Source: an uncultured cyanobacterium | GTDB lineage: Bacteria; Cyanobacteriota; Cyanobacteriia; Pseudanabaenales; Pseudanabaenaceae | Length of the DNA: 64,000 nt | Assembly (NCBI GenBank): GCA_963703315.1 | Contig: OY969811.1 | Coordinates: forward strand, 1 to 64,000 | Reading direction: 5' to 3' | Shown: positions 10,727 through 20,738 of the stretch, in pieces | Numbering within the stretch: the first letter of the stretch is position 1 | Layout: the number at the start of each line of letters is the position of its first letter | Notes under the pieces: model-generated | What the model was told of the DNA's origin: nothing | Seen by the model: the letters and a program-made list of their open reading frames with translations, nothing else | Databases searched by the model: none | Program-made: the position numbers and the translations under genes

Positions 10727-11167
10727 CTAGTCCTTTTTAGCTTGATCAAGCTTTGCTAGAGCTTCATCGATTGATGTCTGAAGTGACAAAAATTGATCTA
10801 GTCGCACCAATTTTACAGTCTGGGTAACTCTAGGATTAGTAATAATTTGCAGAGTGCCACTCAGACCCTGAGTTTTTTTTGCCATTTGCACTAAAACCCC
10901 AAGTCCAGAGCTATCGATAAAATCAATGGTTGACAGATCTAAAATCACGTTGGTAGGTCCATCCTCGACGCATTTGCCAATCACTTTTTTAAAGGCTGGC
11001 TCAGAGAAAGCGTCTAGAAGACCTGTGAGGCGGATCAATTGATAGGTGTCCTTGACTTCGCGGCTGCCTCTTAAACTCACAGTCAGGGTTAGCGGTTCAG
11101 GAATAATGACCTCCAAAGGGTGCGAACGTACCTTAATTTGCGGATATATTGTATTTGCTTTCTCCAC
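10727..11167 (-). CDS. STAS-domain anti-sigma factor antagonist
   Basis: 'LDLSTIDFIDSSGLGVLV' with phosphorylatable Ser; start uncertain. Confidence 0.88.
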   Translation of the reverse strand: MEKANTIYPQIKVRSHPLEVIIPEPLTLTVSLRGSREVKDTYQLIRLTGLLDAFSEPAFKKVIGKCVEDGPTNVILDLSTIDFIDSSGLGVLVQMAKKTQGLSGTLQIITNPRVTQTVKLVRLDQFLSLQTSIDEALAKLDQAKKD

Positions 11168-11261
11168 ACTTGTCCAGAAAATTGTTAAATTCCCCCTTCG
11201 TTAGCATTAGCTAGTTTGGTTTTATAATTGGGATTCTGCCCAATAACCCATCAGATTGTTT

Positions 11262-12722
11262 ATGTCATCGATCGCCCAAATTCGTCAAACCTTATTAAGT
11301 AAAGAGCGATCAGCAACTGAAATTGCTCAAGAGTTTTTAGATCGCATTGATCGGCTAGAGCCGAAATTACATAGTTTTGTCACTGTTACACCAGAAGTAG
11401 CGATCGCCCAAGCCCAAGCAATCGATGCGGCGATCGCGGCAGGGGAAACATTGCCCGCATTAGCAGGTGTCCCCCTTGGCATGAAAGATAATATGTGCGT
11501 CAAGGGGATGCCCACCACCTGTGGCTCAAATATGTTGCGAAATTTTGTACCACCCTACGAAGCGACGATTACCGCTAAATTGCGTGAGGCTGGAGCCGTA
11601 ATGGTCGGTAAGACGAACCTCGATGAATTTGCGATGGGTAGCTCGACCGAAAATTCAGCGATCGCCCAAACGACAAATCCTTGGAATACGGATTATGTCC
11701 CCGGAGGATCATCGGGTGGTTCGGCGGCAGCCGTTTCCAGTGGTGAATGTGTAATTGCTACAGGTTCCGATACAGGCGGATCAATCCGTCAACCTGCGTC
11801 CTATTGTGGTGTAGTGGGACTCAAGCCAACTTACGGATTAGTCTCAAGATTCGGGTTAGTTGCCTTTGCTTCGTCCCTTGATCAAATTGGTCCTTTTGCG
11901 AACACTGTTGAAGATGCCGCGATATTTTTGGGGGCGATCGCAGGTTACGATCCTAAAGACTCAACGAGCATCAATACCACAATTCCCGACTACGCCGCTT
12001 TATTAACCCCAGATTTGACTCAATCCCTCAAAGGTAAAAAAGTCGGTGTGATTACCGAAACCTTTGGGGAAGGTTTAGATAGTGAAGTGGAAGTTGCCGT
12101 GCGAAAGGCGATCGCTCATTTCGAGAGCATGGGTGCAGAGGTCTATGAAATTTCCTGTCCGCGCTTCCGTTATGGCTTACCCACCTATTACATCATTGCC
12201 CCTTCAGAAGCTTCCGCCAACCTTGCCCGTTATGATGGCGTGAAGTATGGCTTGCGCGATCAAAATGCGGAGAACCTGCTGAGTATGTATGAGAATACTC
12301 GCGAACTAGGATTTGGAGCAGAAGTCAAGCGACGGATCATGATTGGAACATACGTTCTATCGGCTGGTTATTACGACGCTTATTATCTCAAAGCTCAGAA
12401 GGTTAGAACTCTCATCGTTCAAGATTTCCAAAAAGCTTTTGAGCAAGTGGATGTTTTAGTTTGTCCAACTGCGCCAACCACTGCTTTTAAGGCGGGTAGT
12501 AAAACTGAAGATCCATTAGGAATGTATCTATCCGATTTGATGACAATTCCTGTAAATCTCGCGGGTTTACCTGGTATTAGCATTCCCTGTGGATTTGACT
12601 CAAAGGGAATGCCGATTGGTCTACAAATGATCTCAAATGTATTGAGAGAAGATTTACTGCTCCAAGTTGCCTATGGCTATGAGCAGTCAACGGAATGGCA
12701 TAAACAACAACCCTCTATCTAA
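11262..12722 (+). CDS. gatA: Asp/Glu-tRNA amidotransferase subunit A
   Basis: Amidase signature '[11 protein letters not shown]', '[12 protein letters not shown]', 'SANLARYDG'. Confidence 0.97.
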   Translation: MSSIAQIRQTLLSKERSATEIAQEFLDRIDRLEPKLHSFVTVTPEVAIAQAQAIDAAIAAGETLPALAGVPLGMKDNMCVKGMPTTCGSNMLRNFVPPYEATITAKLREAGAVMVGKTNLDEFAMGSSTENSAIAQTTNPWNTDYVPGGSSGGSAAAVSSGECVIATGSDTGGSIRQPASYCGVVGLKPTYGLVSRFGLVAFASSLDQIGPFANTVEDAAIFLGAIAGYDPKDSTSINTTIPDYAALLTPDLTQSLKGKKVGVITETFGEGLDSEVEVAVRKAIAHFESMGAEVYEISCPRFRYGLPTYYIIAPSEASANLARYDGVKYGLRDQNAENLLSMYENTRELGFGAEVKRRIMIGTYVLSAGYYDAYYLKAQKVRTLIVQDFQKAFEQVDVLVCPTAPTTAFKAGSKTEDPLGMYLSDLMTIPVNLAGLPGISIPCGFDSKGMPIGLQMISNVLREDLLLQVAYGYEQSTEWHKQQPSI

Positions 12723-12766
12723 ACGATAAAAGCCTTGCTTAGCAAGGCTTTTATCGTTTAGATAGA
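12714..12766. terminator. 25-bp perfect hairpin overlapping the gatA stop
   Basis: TCTATCTAAACGATAAAAGCCTTGC-TTA-GCAAGGCTTTTATCGTTTAGATAGA. Confidence 0.7.
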
Positions 12767-12792
12767 AGCAGCACTTCATTCTGCTTCTTTGT

Positions 12793-12895
12793 TATAGCTG
12801 TAGTCAGTTATGTTAGAACAAAACTAAAACCCAATAAGCGAGTTGCGGCGCGGAGCGCCGCAACTCGCTTATTGGGTTTTGTGTCCTAAGCAAAA
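12793..12895. mobile_element. MITE-like element, family A (inverted relative to the 1121 copy)
   Basis: TATAGCTGTAGTCAGTTATGTTAG end; 26-bp perfect stem 12826-12880 with GGA loop. Confidence 0.7.
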
Positions 12896-12913
12896 CTTTT
12901 TTGGGTTTTGTAT

Positions 12914-14203
12914 TTAGATGATCGTGTTATCGGGAATTACAGCATTTTTAACAACGACGACAATTCCATTACAAATGCAATAGCCTTGATCTTCGCGATT
13001 CACATCTTGGACGTGATCTTTGTTGATAATTTGGACATTCTTGCCAATGCGAGCGTTTTTATCAATAATTGCATGACGAATAGTCGTATTTTCGCCAATG
13101 CCCATTGGCACTTTGTTAGTCGAAAGGTCTGACTCGCGTTCTTCTTGTGGTTGATAGAAATCGCAACCCATCAATAGGGTGTCTTCAATTGTACAGTTGG
13201 GATCTACGTGCATCCGAATACCGACAACTGAATTAGTAATTGTTGCTTGGTTGAGGATACATCCTTCACCAATGATCGAATCTTTGACCTTACTATCATG
13301 CACTTTACTAGGTGGCAAGTAACGAGCGCGAGTATAGATCGGTTTTTTAGTTTCGTAGAAATTAAAACCAGTCGCAGGATGACGGGTTAATTCCAGATTA
13401 GCTTGATAGAAAGATTCAATGGTTCCAATATCTTCCCAATAACCGTTATATAGATAAGCCTGAACATTCAAATTGTGGATTGCGGAAGGAATGATTTCTT
13501 TGCCAAAATCTGTATGTTCTGGATTCTCACTGAGCAGCTTTAACATTGCCTGCTTGTTAAACACATAGATTCCCATCGATGCGATGAAAGGATTGGCGAT
13601 CGCTGAAGCTTGATCCAAACCAAGTTTAGTTGTATCAACGCGCATTCCCTCTAAGGCTTCACCTTTAGGCTTTTCAAGAAAGTTAATTACTTTGCCAGAG
13701 CTATCGGTTTTGAGCAAGCCAAACGCCGACGCTTTTTTCTGATCGACAGGCAATACTGATAGGGTAATATCTGCTCCCGTTTCGCGGTGATGTTCGACAA
13801 ACTTTTCATAGTCCATGTTGTACAGATGATCGCCAGATAGGATCAAGTACTCACTGACATCCCAAGATTCTAAAAGCCATGCATAACGACGCACTGCGTC
13901 GGCTGTGCCTTGAAACCAGTCTGGACTATCAGGGGTCTGTTGCGCCGCCAAAATTTCGACAAAGCCATCAGAATAGGATGCAGGGCGATATGCCTGATTG
14001 ACGTGGCGATTTAGTGACGCGGAGTTAAACTGGGTCAGGATATAGATCTTTTCAATACCTGAGTTAATACAGTTACTCACAGGAATGTCGATCAGTCGAT
14101 ATTTACCTGCTACGGGGACGGCGGGTTTAGCGCGTGTTTTAGTGAGGGGATATAGTCGGCTTCCCTGTCCGCCGCCCAGAATGATAGCCAGTACGTTTTT
14201 CAT
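12914..14203 (-). CDS. glgC: Glucose-1-phosphate adenylyltransferase
   Basis: '[21 protein letters not shown]', '[10 protein letters not shown]', 'LSGDHLY'. Confidence 0.97.
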   Translation of the reverse strand: MKNVLAIILGGGQGSRLYPLTKTRAKPAVPVAGKYRLIDIPVSNCINSGIEKIYILTQFNSASLNRHVNQAYRPASYSDGFVEILAAQQTPDSPDWFQGTADAVRRYAWLLESWDVSEYLILSGDHLYNMDYEKFVEHHRETGADITLSVLPVDQKKASAFGLLKTDSSGKVINFLEKPKGEALEGMRVDTTKLGLDQASAIANPFIASMGIYVFNKQAMLKLLSENPEHTDFGKEIIPSAIHNLNVQAYLYNGYWEDIGTIESFYQANLELTRHPATGFNFYETKKPIYTRARYLPPSKVHDSKVKDSIIGEGCILNQATITNSVVGIRMHVDPNCTIEDTLLMGCDFYQPQEERESDLSTNKVPMGIGENTTIRHAIIDKNARIGKNVQIINKDHVQDVNREDQGYCICNGIVVVVKNAVIPDNTII

Positions 14204-14360
14204 AAATTATTCGGATTATCTTGGCTTTTTTATGTGCATATTTTTTCTGAATGCAAACATTGTCTATCTTTGCGGGGATCGTTGCAAGTAATGTAAGAAC
14301 ACAAACCAAAGAAGTTAGTGGCGGCGATTCTCGCCGCCACTAACTTCTTTGGTTTATTAA

Positions 14361-14446
14361 TAATTAAACCCTAGCGCTAAAACCTGTGGCGCACGCTGTG
14401 CGTGCGCCACAGGTTTTAGGGTTTTATACTTAATTGCACCTAGCTA
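14361..14446. mobile_element. MITE-like element, family B (left-truncated), preceded by a separate 25-bp hairpin at 14303-14355
   Basis: AAAACCTGTGGCGCACGC-TGT-GCGTGCGCCACAGGTTTT core shared with 22476, 28485, 47928. Confidence 0.75.
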
Positions 14447-14517
14447 ATTAGGAACAATATGAGTAATAAATATGTCTGGTCAGGGTAAGTTTAAAGCGAT
14501 GCGATTAGGGAGATTTT

Positions 14518-15840
14518 ATGATGCTTGTGAACAAAACGCTGGCTAATTCATGTTTCGCTGTACTGAGCTTAGGCGCGATCGCCATTTCTGCCATCTCTTC
14601 ACCACAGGCAGCTAGAGCCTCAGAGCAACCGAGTTTAGACAGCCTTGTGCAGCAAGCGGTTTCCAAAGACCAAGCAACTTCCCAACAGGCGATCGCTAAG
14701 TTACGTGAATTTAAAACTGTGGGTGTCGATGCATTTTGGAATACCTATCAAAAGGATTTGCCAAATAACCCGCAATTACGAGCAACTTTAGACGCAATTT
14801 GTCAGCAGAAAGACTGTGATGCTTCAAAGTTGTATTGGTACAAAGATTTAGAAGCAGCCAAGACTGCATCAAAAGAAACGGGTAAGCCGATTTTGTCTTT
14901 GCGCTTGTTGGGAAATCTTAATGATGAACTGAGTTGTGCCAATAGCCGATTTTTCCGCACGGCGCTTTATCCTAATGCTGCGGTGTCACAACTGCTGCGC
15001 GATCGCTTTATTTTGCATTGGCAGTCAGAGCGTCCTGTACCGAAGGTGACGATTGATTTTGGGGATGGTCGCAAGCTGGAGCAAACTCTCACGGGCAATA
15101 GCATTCACTATGTTCTTGATAGTGATGGTCGCCCGATTGATGCGATCGCAGGACTATATAGCCCCCAAGTATTTATGGAAAATCTTAAAGACGCTGATAG
15201 GGCAGTGCAATCGGTTAGTAATACTAATGGCAATTTGAATCTGCGGCGGGAAATCTTGGTTAAATATCATCGCGATCGCTATGCCAAGTTAGAAAAAAAT
15301 TGGCAGTCAGATCTCGCTCGGTTGCGTTTACCCTCACAGCCATTACTGCCATTGGCTGTTACCGATCCTAAAGCTAGTGCAATGTTGGCAAGTCGGTTAA
15401 CGGTAGGAAAAATGATGGTTGAATTGCCAACTTTAAGTCGTACTACTGGGGAGCCTCTGACTGAGGTTACGCCCCCTTCTCCATTTGCTAAGCTCAGTGA
15501 TGCTAATTGGGCAAGACTGGCAAGGCTGTATCAAAATCGGGTATATCTCGATCAAGGTAGCTTGAATGTTATGCAGCGTAAATTATCAGCCAATGCGTCC
15601 ATCTCAACTGTGGTTAATAGTTTTGAACGGGCGATCGCGCAAGATACAGTGCGTAATGAGTATGTATTTCACGCGCAGATTCACACTTGGTTTGCTAATG
15701 GTGAATTTATGAATGGAGATTCTGCTTTAACTGCTCTGAATCGCCGTGTTTACGATCAACTGTTTCTGACTCCTGCTAGTGATCCTTGGTTAGGTTTGGT
15801 CAATGAGAATGTATATACAGGTATTAGCAAAGTAAATTAG
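14518..15840 (+). CDS. Secreted hypothetical protein with a putative thioredoxin-like segment
   Basis: Signal peptide ending 'AARA-S'; 'KPILSLRLLG..ELSCANSRFFR..RFILHW' segment. Confidence 0.6.
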   Translation: MMLVNKTLANSCFAVLSLGAIAISAISSPQAARASEQPSLDSLVQQAVSKDQATSQQAIAKLREFKTVGVDAFWNTYQKDLPNNPQLRATLDAICQQKDCDASKLYWYKDLEAAKTASKETGKPILSLRLLGNLNDELSCANSRFFRTALYPNAAVSQLLRDRFILHWQSERPVPKVTIDFGDGRKLEQTLTGNSIHYVLDSDGRPIDAIAGLYSPQVFMENLKDADRAVQSVSNTNGNLNLRREILVKYHRDRYAKLEKNWQSDLARLRLPSQPLLPLAVTDPKASAMLASRLTVGKMMVELPTLSRTTGEPLTEVTPPSPFAKLSDANWARLARLYQNRVYLDQGSLNVMQRKLSANASISTVVNSFERAIAQDTVRNEYVFHAQIHTWFANGEFMNGDSALTALNRRVYDQLFLTPASDPWLGLVNENVYTGISKVN

Positions 15841-15909
15841 GACTAGCAATTTTTGAAACCGCCGCGAAGCGGCGGTTTCAAAAGCGGTTTCAAAGGTTTG
15901 CCTCCTTTT

Positions 15910-16860
15910 CTAGTCCTTAAAGCTATTAGAAGCAAGGTCGAGAGTTACTTGACGCATTTGTAAATAATCCATCGGATCAACAGAATTCTTGCCATCGGGT
16001 TGAATTTCAAAATGAAGATGAGGTCCTGTACTGCGTCCTGTCGTACCCACCTCGGCGATCGCTTGTCCCTTATTAATGCTCTGTCCTTTGGACACATATA
16101 CTCTGTTTGTGTGGGCATAGAGCGTTAATGCACCATTGTCATGGCGTAACTCGACGACATTGCCATAGCCATCATCCGTCCAACCTGAATAGGTGACAAT
16201 TCCATCGGCTGCCGCAAAAATTGGTGTGCCAGTAGGCGCGGCAAAATCAATTCCTTTATGTAATTTCCTTTGTCCTGTGATCGGATGTACGCGCCAGCCA
16301 AATCCCGAACTAATGGAACCTGTCACAGGCAGCGTAAAATTAGAGATGCTATTGAGATCGATCGCGGCGATATTTTCAGGTAGTTGCATTGTCCAACGCC
16401 CTGGTTGTCGAGACTTGAGGCGTAAGTCTTGAGGATTGAGCGTAACATCGGGCGAAAGCTCAACGACCATTCTGGTGGTATTGGCATCAACTTGACCGAC
16501 TCGAACTGCTTGTACGCCGCGCCCCACGCGCCGTCTTACTGTGGGTCCTTGATAGACAATCCCCGGCAAGTCAATCACAATGCGCGTAGGATTACTAATT
16601 ACTGTTCCCTTGGGTTCAATATCATTTTTTAGCGAAAACTCAATCTTGCTGTCGGTCAAATCGTACACAAAGGTTTCCAGACGATTTGCATGGGCAATTG
16701 GAGCAGCGATCGCTAAGCTACTAGCCAAACCACCAAGGGTGATTAACAGTAGGCGAAGATTCAGGGATTTTGGTTGATTGCTTAGTTTGTGACCATGTAA
16801 TTTGTGACCATGTAATAGATGGCGAGACAAATTTAAGCAGCGAGAGGTAAGTTTTTGCAT
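15910..16860 (-). CDS. AMIN domain plus M23 family peptidase
   Basis: 'NPTRIVIDLPG', 'HKGIDF' (HxxxD), 'STGPHLHFE' (HxH); start placed at MQKLTSR. Confidence 0.9.
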   Translation of the reverse strand: MQKLTSRCLNLSRHLLHGHKLHGHKLSNQPKSLNLRLLLITLGGLASSLAIAAPIAHANRLETFVYDLTDSKIEFSLKNDIEPKGTVISNPTRIVIDLPGIVYQGPTVRRRVGRGVQAVRVGQVDANTTRMVVELSPDVTLNPQDLRLKSRQPGRWTMQLPENIAAIDLNSISNFTLPVTGSISSGFGWRVHPITGQRKLHKGIDFAAPTGTPIFAAADGIVTYSGWTDDGYGNVVELRHDNGALTLYAHTNRVYVSKGQSINKGQAIAEVGTTGRSTGPHLHFEIQPDGKNSVDPMDYLQMRQVTLDLASNSFKD

Positions 16861-17188
16861 TAGAACGTTACGCTGTAGGACGGTTGAGAGCAAGCTACAA
16901 GCAGTACAAAAATGCACAATGAGCCTTGTAGAAGGCTGAAGATGATGCTCTGCGAATTTGTGTGATGAGAACGAGTGAGATTCTACATCACTTTTAAGGA
17001 AATATGACAACTTGCGATAATTAAGAAGACAAAAAATTGCTTTTGCCTACAAGTCCTTACAGGCAAAAGCCAACCTATTTCCTAAATAGTGGCGCGAAGC
17101 GCCACTATTTAGGAAATAGGTTTTCGCTTTTCATGAAGACGTAAGGAGTATATTTGTTGCAGACTTTTCAAAATTAGGCTTCCAAATT

Positions 17189-18685
17189 ATGAGCTTTGCA
17201 TCAAAACTCAGGACGGCGATCGCCACAAATCAGAGCATTTTGTGTTTAGGGCTAGACCCCAATCCTGAGGTGATGCCTGCTAAATATAAAGCGAAGTATG
17301 AATCTGAGATTAACTCTGAGGTATATCACGATCGCGCTGTAGCGGATTTGTGGGAATGGATGAATTTTATTATTCAGTCCACTGCTGATTTAGTCTGTGC
17401 CTATAAGCCAACTTTGGGGTTTTATACGGCTTTAGGAGCGGCAGGCTTAGATTTATTAGCCAAGACCTTAGCCGCGATTCCTCCTGAAATTCCGATCATT
17501 CTTGATGCAAAACACGCTGATCTCAATAGCAGCACGGTCATGGCAAGAACAGCTTTTGAGAAATGGGGTGTCGATGCGATTACCTTAAGTCCCTATATCG
17601 GGCAGGATTTGGCGGCGCGGTTTTTGATGTATCCCGACAAGGCTATTTTTGTAAGTTGCTATTCATCGAATACCACTGCTCAAGACTTTCAGGAATATCC
17701 TAGTCCCAATCAACCTTTATATTTAAACGTGGTGCAAACTTGCCAAGCTTGGGCAGGGTTGGAAAATTTGGGCTTAGAAATTGGAGCGGCAGTGCCTGAT
17801 GCTTTGGCGAAAGTGCGATCGCTAGCTCCTGAACGCTTCATTCTCGCCCGCAGTATTTGGGCGAATAGTCAAGATAATAGTCAAAAAATCGAGAATTTAG
17901 CCGCAATCCTGAATGCAGGGCTGGATGCTAATGGTAGTGGCTTGATCTTGCCAGTCAATCAGGATGCTCTAGCTAGTGGTGAACCATCACAATTATTGCG
18001 ATCGCTACGGGATGAGGTTAATCAGGCGATCGCCTTGACTGCCCATGATCGCCCCACCTGCGATCTGTGGGTGCCGAATGTTTGTTTGCTAGATCAACAA
18101 GCACATCCCCATGCCAATTTAATCTTGCAATTGTTTGATATTGGTTGCATCACCTTTGAAGAGACAGTCCAAGCTTCTGGGCAAATTTTCCCCTACTACA
18201 TTGATTTGCGGCGGATTATCTCCAATCCACAGGTGTTTGAGTCGGTCATTGGTACTTATGCCGAGATTTTACAAAATTTGAAATTTGATCGGATTGCAGG
18301 TATTCCTTATGGTTCACTTCCCACTGCTTCAGGGCTAGCTTTACGGCTCAATTTTCCACTGATTTTTCCACGTAAGGAAGTGAAGGCTTATGGAGCTAGA
18401 CGATTGATCGAGGGCAACTATGAATCTGGTGAAACCATTGTCGTCGTGGATGATATTTTGATTTCTGGTAAAAGTGCGATCGAGGGAGCGCAAAAAATTG
18501 AAAGCTGCGGTTTGAAGGTTCGCGATATTGTTGTATTCATCGATCATGAGTCTGGAGTATGCGATCGCATCCAAAAAAGTGGCTATTCACCCCACGCGGT
18601 GTTAAAAATCTCGGAAATAAATGAGACACTATATCAATCAGGGCGTATAAATGAGAAACAATTTCTTGCTTTGTCACATTCTTAA
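17189..18685 (+). CDS. pyrF: Bifunctional OMP decarboxylase / orotate phosphoribosyltransferase
   Basis: 'LCLGLDP', 'AYKP', 'ILDAKHAD' (PyrF); 'SGQIFPYYIDLR', 'VVVDDILISGKS' (PyrE). Confidence 0.9.
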   Translation: MSFASKLRTAIATNQSILCLGLDPNPEVMPAKYKAKYESEINSEVYHDRAVADLWEWMNFIIQSTADLVCAYKPTLGFYTALGAAGLDLLAKTLAAIPPEIPIILDAKHADLNSSTVMARTAFEKWGVDAITLSPYIGQDLAARFLMYPDKAIFVSCYSSNTTAQDFQEYPSPNQPLYLNVVQTCQAWAGLENLGLEIGAAVPDALAKVRSLAPERFILARSIWANSQDNSQKIENLAAILNAGLDANGSGLILPVNQDALASGEPSQLLRSLRDEVNQAIALTAHDRPTCDLWVPNVCLLDQQAHPHANLILQLFDIGCITFEETVQASGQIFPYYIDLRRIISNPQVFESVIGTYAEILQNLKFDRIAGIPYGSLPTASGLALRLNFPLIFPRKEVKAYGARRLIEGNYESGETIVVVDDILISGKSAIEGAQKIESCGLKVRDIVVFIDHESGVCDRIQKSGYSPHAVLKISEINETLYQSGRINEKQFLALSHS

Positions 18686-18768
18686 AGCGCTTCGCGCTTA
18701 AACCCAAACCGAGAAAATTTTTAAAAGTGTTGCTTAGCAACACTTTTAAAAATTTTCTCGGTGCTGTA
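18683..18768. mobile_element. MITE-like element, family C
   Basis: Small GCGC-TTC-GCGC hairpin, then 26-bp perfect stem 18708-18762, ending GCTGTA. Confidence 0.6.
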
Positions 18769-18840
18769 AGTGTATCAATTGGTCTCAGACAGATTGATAC
18801 ACCTCAAACCATCGTTACAGGTCATTGACTAGATTTACCC

Positions 18841-19716
18841 ATGTTCAAACGACTTACTCTGTTACTTATTTCTGCCGCAGTTACCGCGATCGCACCGATC
18901 GCGAATCCCGCACTTGCTGCCCAATCATCAAAACCTGCTCCACCTGAACTCTCAAATATTGTATATGCACTGGACAAAGCCGCCAGCAGTCAGGATATTG
19001 AAGGGGTGATGAAGTATTATGCCCCAACTTTTAATCATGCTGATGGGCTAAACCGCGATCGCTACAAGCAGGTATTACAGGAACTCTGGCAGCGCTATAA
19101 AAATATTAGCTATCGCACCGAAATTTCTAAATGGGACAAACAAGGCGACCTAATTACTGCGGAAACCGTAACGATGGTGCAGGGGGCAAGGGGGAATGAG
19201 AATGATAACTTCAAACTAGATGCGCGGTTGATTTCTACCCAGACCTATAAAAATATCAATGGTCAGTTACAGGTGGTATCACAGCAAGTCATTGCCGAGC
19301 AATCTTCACTGAGTACAGGTGATGCGCCTCCCCCTGTCAAGCTCAAAGTACCTGAGCTAATTGGTGTTGGTCGTCAATATGTCCTTGATGCGATCGTCAC
19401 GGAGCCACTTGGTACAAGTTTATTATTAGGAGCCGCGATCGAAGAGGCTGCCGAAGCTAAAAACTATCTCAATGCCAATACGATTAATCTACGTCCTTTA
19501 AGGGCTGGTGGTTTATTTAAGATCGGTCAAGCACCTTTTACTTCAGGCGATCGCTGGATTTCGGTAGTGTTAGTCCGTGAGTCTGGCATTACGATCGCTA
19601 GCCAACGCTTAAGGGTCAGCAAAGATTTTACGGGAAATCAGTACACACCATTGCCTGAGCCAGATACCACCCCAAGTCGTGTCCGTCCACGTCCTAACAA
19701 TGATCAGACTCTCTAA
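18841..19716 (+). CDS. Secreted NTF2/SnoaL-like domain protein
   Basis: Signal peptide; 'DIEGVMKYYAPTFNHADGL'; conserved cyanobacterial 'GGLFKIG' C-domain. Confidence 0.7.
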   Translation: MFKRLTLLLISAAVTAIAPIANPALAAQSSKPAPPELSNIVYALDKAASSQDIEGVMKYYAPTFNHADGLNRDRYKQVLQELWQRYKNISYRTEISKWDKQGDLITAETVTMVQGARGNENDNFKLDARLISTQTYKNINGQLQVVSQQVIAEQSSLSTGDAPPPVKLKVPELIGVGRQYVLDAIVTEPLGTSLLLGAAIEEAAEAKNYLNANTINLRPLRAGGLFKIGQAPFTSGDRWISVVLVRESGITIASQRLRVSKDFTGNQYTPLPEPDTTPSRVRPRPNNDQTL

Positions 19717-19720
19717 AACC

Positions 19721-19845
19721 CCGAAGCTTGTGCCACCCGCTACGCGGGCGGCACAAGCTTCGGTTAGAAGAGAGTGGCGGCGCGAAGCGCCGCCACTCTC
19801 TTTTTTGTCTAAATGAGATAGAGCGCTTTGCGCTCTATCTCATTT
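19721..19845. repeat. Three consecutive GC-NNN-GC hairpins between convergent genes
   Basis: 19721-19763 (TAC loop), 19768-19802 (GAA loop), 19811-19845 (TTT loop). Confidence 0.85.
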
Positions 19846-20424
19846 TTTAAAGATTGATTTCCATAGTTCTACTGTCCCTGCACCGACAGGAAAATCCGTC
19901 GTCTGATCATTATTCCAAACGGCACGCACTGTAATAGTTTCAGGAGGTAAATTCACCAAAACTTCTGCTAGCTCAAGATCGACGACTCCATCGGTATAGG
20001 TATAAATTTTGCCTTGAGATGCAAATAACAGAGCCTTTGGTGAACGCGATCGCGATCGCTTTTCTGTGACTGGCTCCTGCTCAGAATAACGCTCATTGAT
20101 ATAGCGATCTCCTTGGCGAATGCGACGATTTTTCCAGACCCGTCGATAACTAACCACCTCTGACCAATATTCGGTATAGGTGACCTTAATCGCCTGTTTT
20201 GACCAACTAGATACAAAGGCAAAATTATCAGTGAAGTGCTTGTCGTAAACTACTTTGCCATCAAAGGGATTTTCGACAATGCTCGACCACGACACATCTG
20301 AGTTTTGATCAATAGATGCAGGAGCTACAGCTAAACCCATCGATGGATTGACTAGCCATAAGCCGAAGCCAATCGATAGAGCTAACCATTTATGACGATA
20401 ATTATGAGAAAAACAGGAAAACAT
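19840..20424 (-). CDS. Hypothetical secreted protein
   Basis: 194 aa ORF with signal-peptide-like N-terminus. Confidence 0.65.
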   Translation of the reverse strand: MFSCFSHNYRHKWLALSIGFGLWLVNPSMGLAVAPASIDQNSDVSWSSIVENPFDGKVVYDKHFTDNFAFVSSWSKQAIKVTYTEYWSEVVSYRRVWKNRRIRQGDRYINERYSEQEPVTEKRSRSRSPKALLFASQGKIYTYTDGVVDLELAEVLVNLPPETITVRAVWNNDQTTDFPVGAGTVELWKSIFKK

Positions 20425-20500
20425 TGTAAATTCCTCGCTTATGGAAATATCGTTAATGTCACAATTTATTTGCGCCTCAGTGATTTATCGTAGCAAGACC

Positions 20501-20683
20501 GTAGGGGCTTAGCATTTGCGTCACAATTTTAAAACCCATCACAGAAATCCCGATCCGCAAATGCTAAGCCCTCTGTGCTTTTATAGATAATTTGTCCCTG
20601 CGTTGCAAGATTTTGGGCAGAGCATTCCCAAAGGAAGATTATCTAAAAATTTATAGATTGTGGCGGGAATGCTTTGCCCCTAC
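20501..20683. repeat. GTAGGGGC...GCCCCTAC REP-type composite element with two internal inverted repeats
   Basis: GGGCTTAGCATTTGCG/CGCAAATGCTAAGCCC and GGGCAGAGCATTCCC/GGGAATGCTTTGCCC. Confidence 0.7.
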
Positions 20684-20738
20684 AGTTGTATTCTATGGAC
20701 TGGGTTTATTTTTTGATGCCATGAAATATGACGATGCT

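Noticed and set aside
16786..16815. 15-bp tandem duplication (LHGHK x2) in the M23 gene leader
   Set aside because: Simple in-frame slippage with no sign of function
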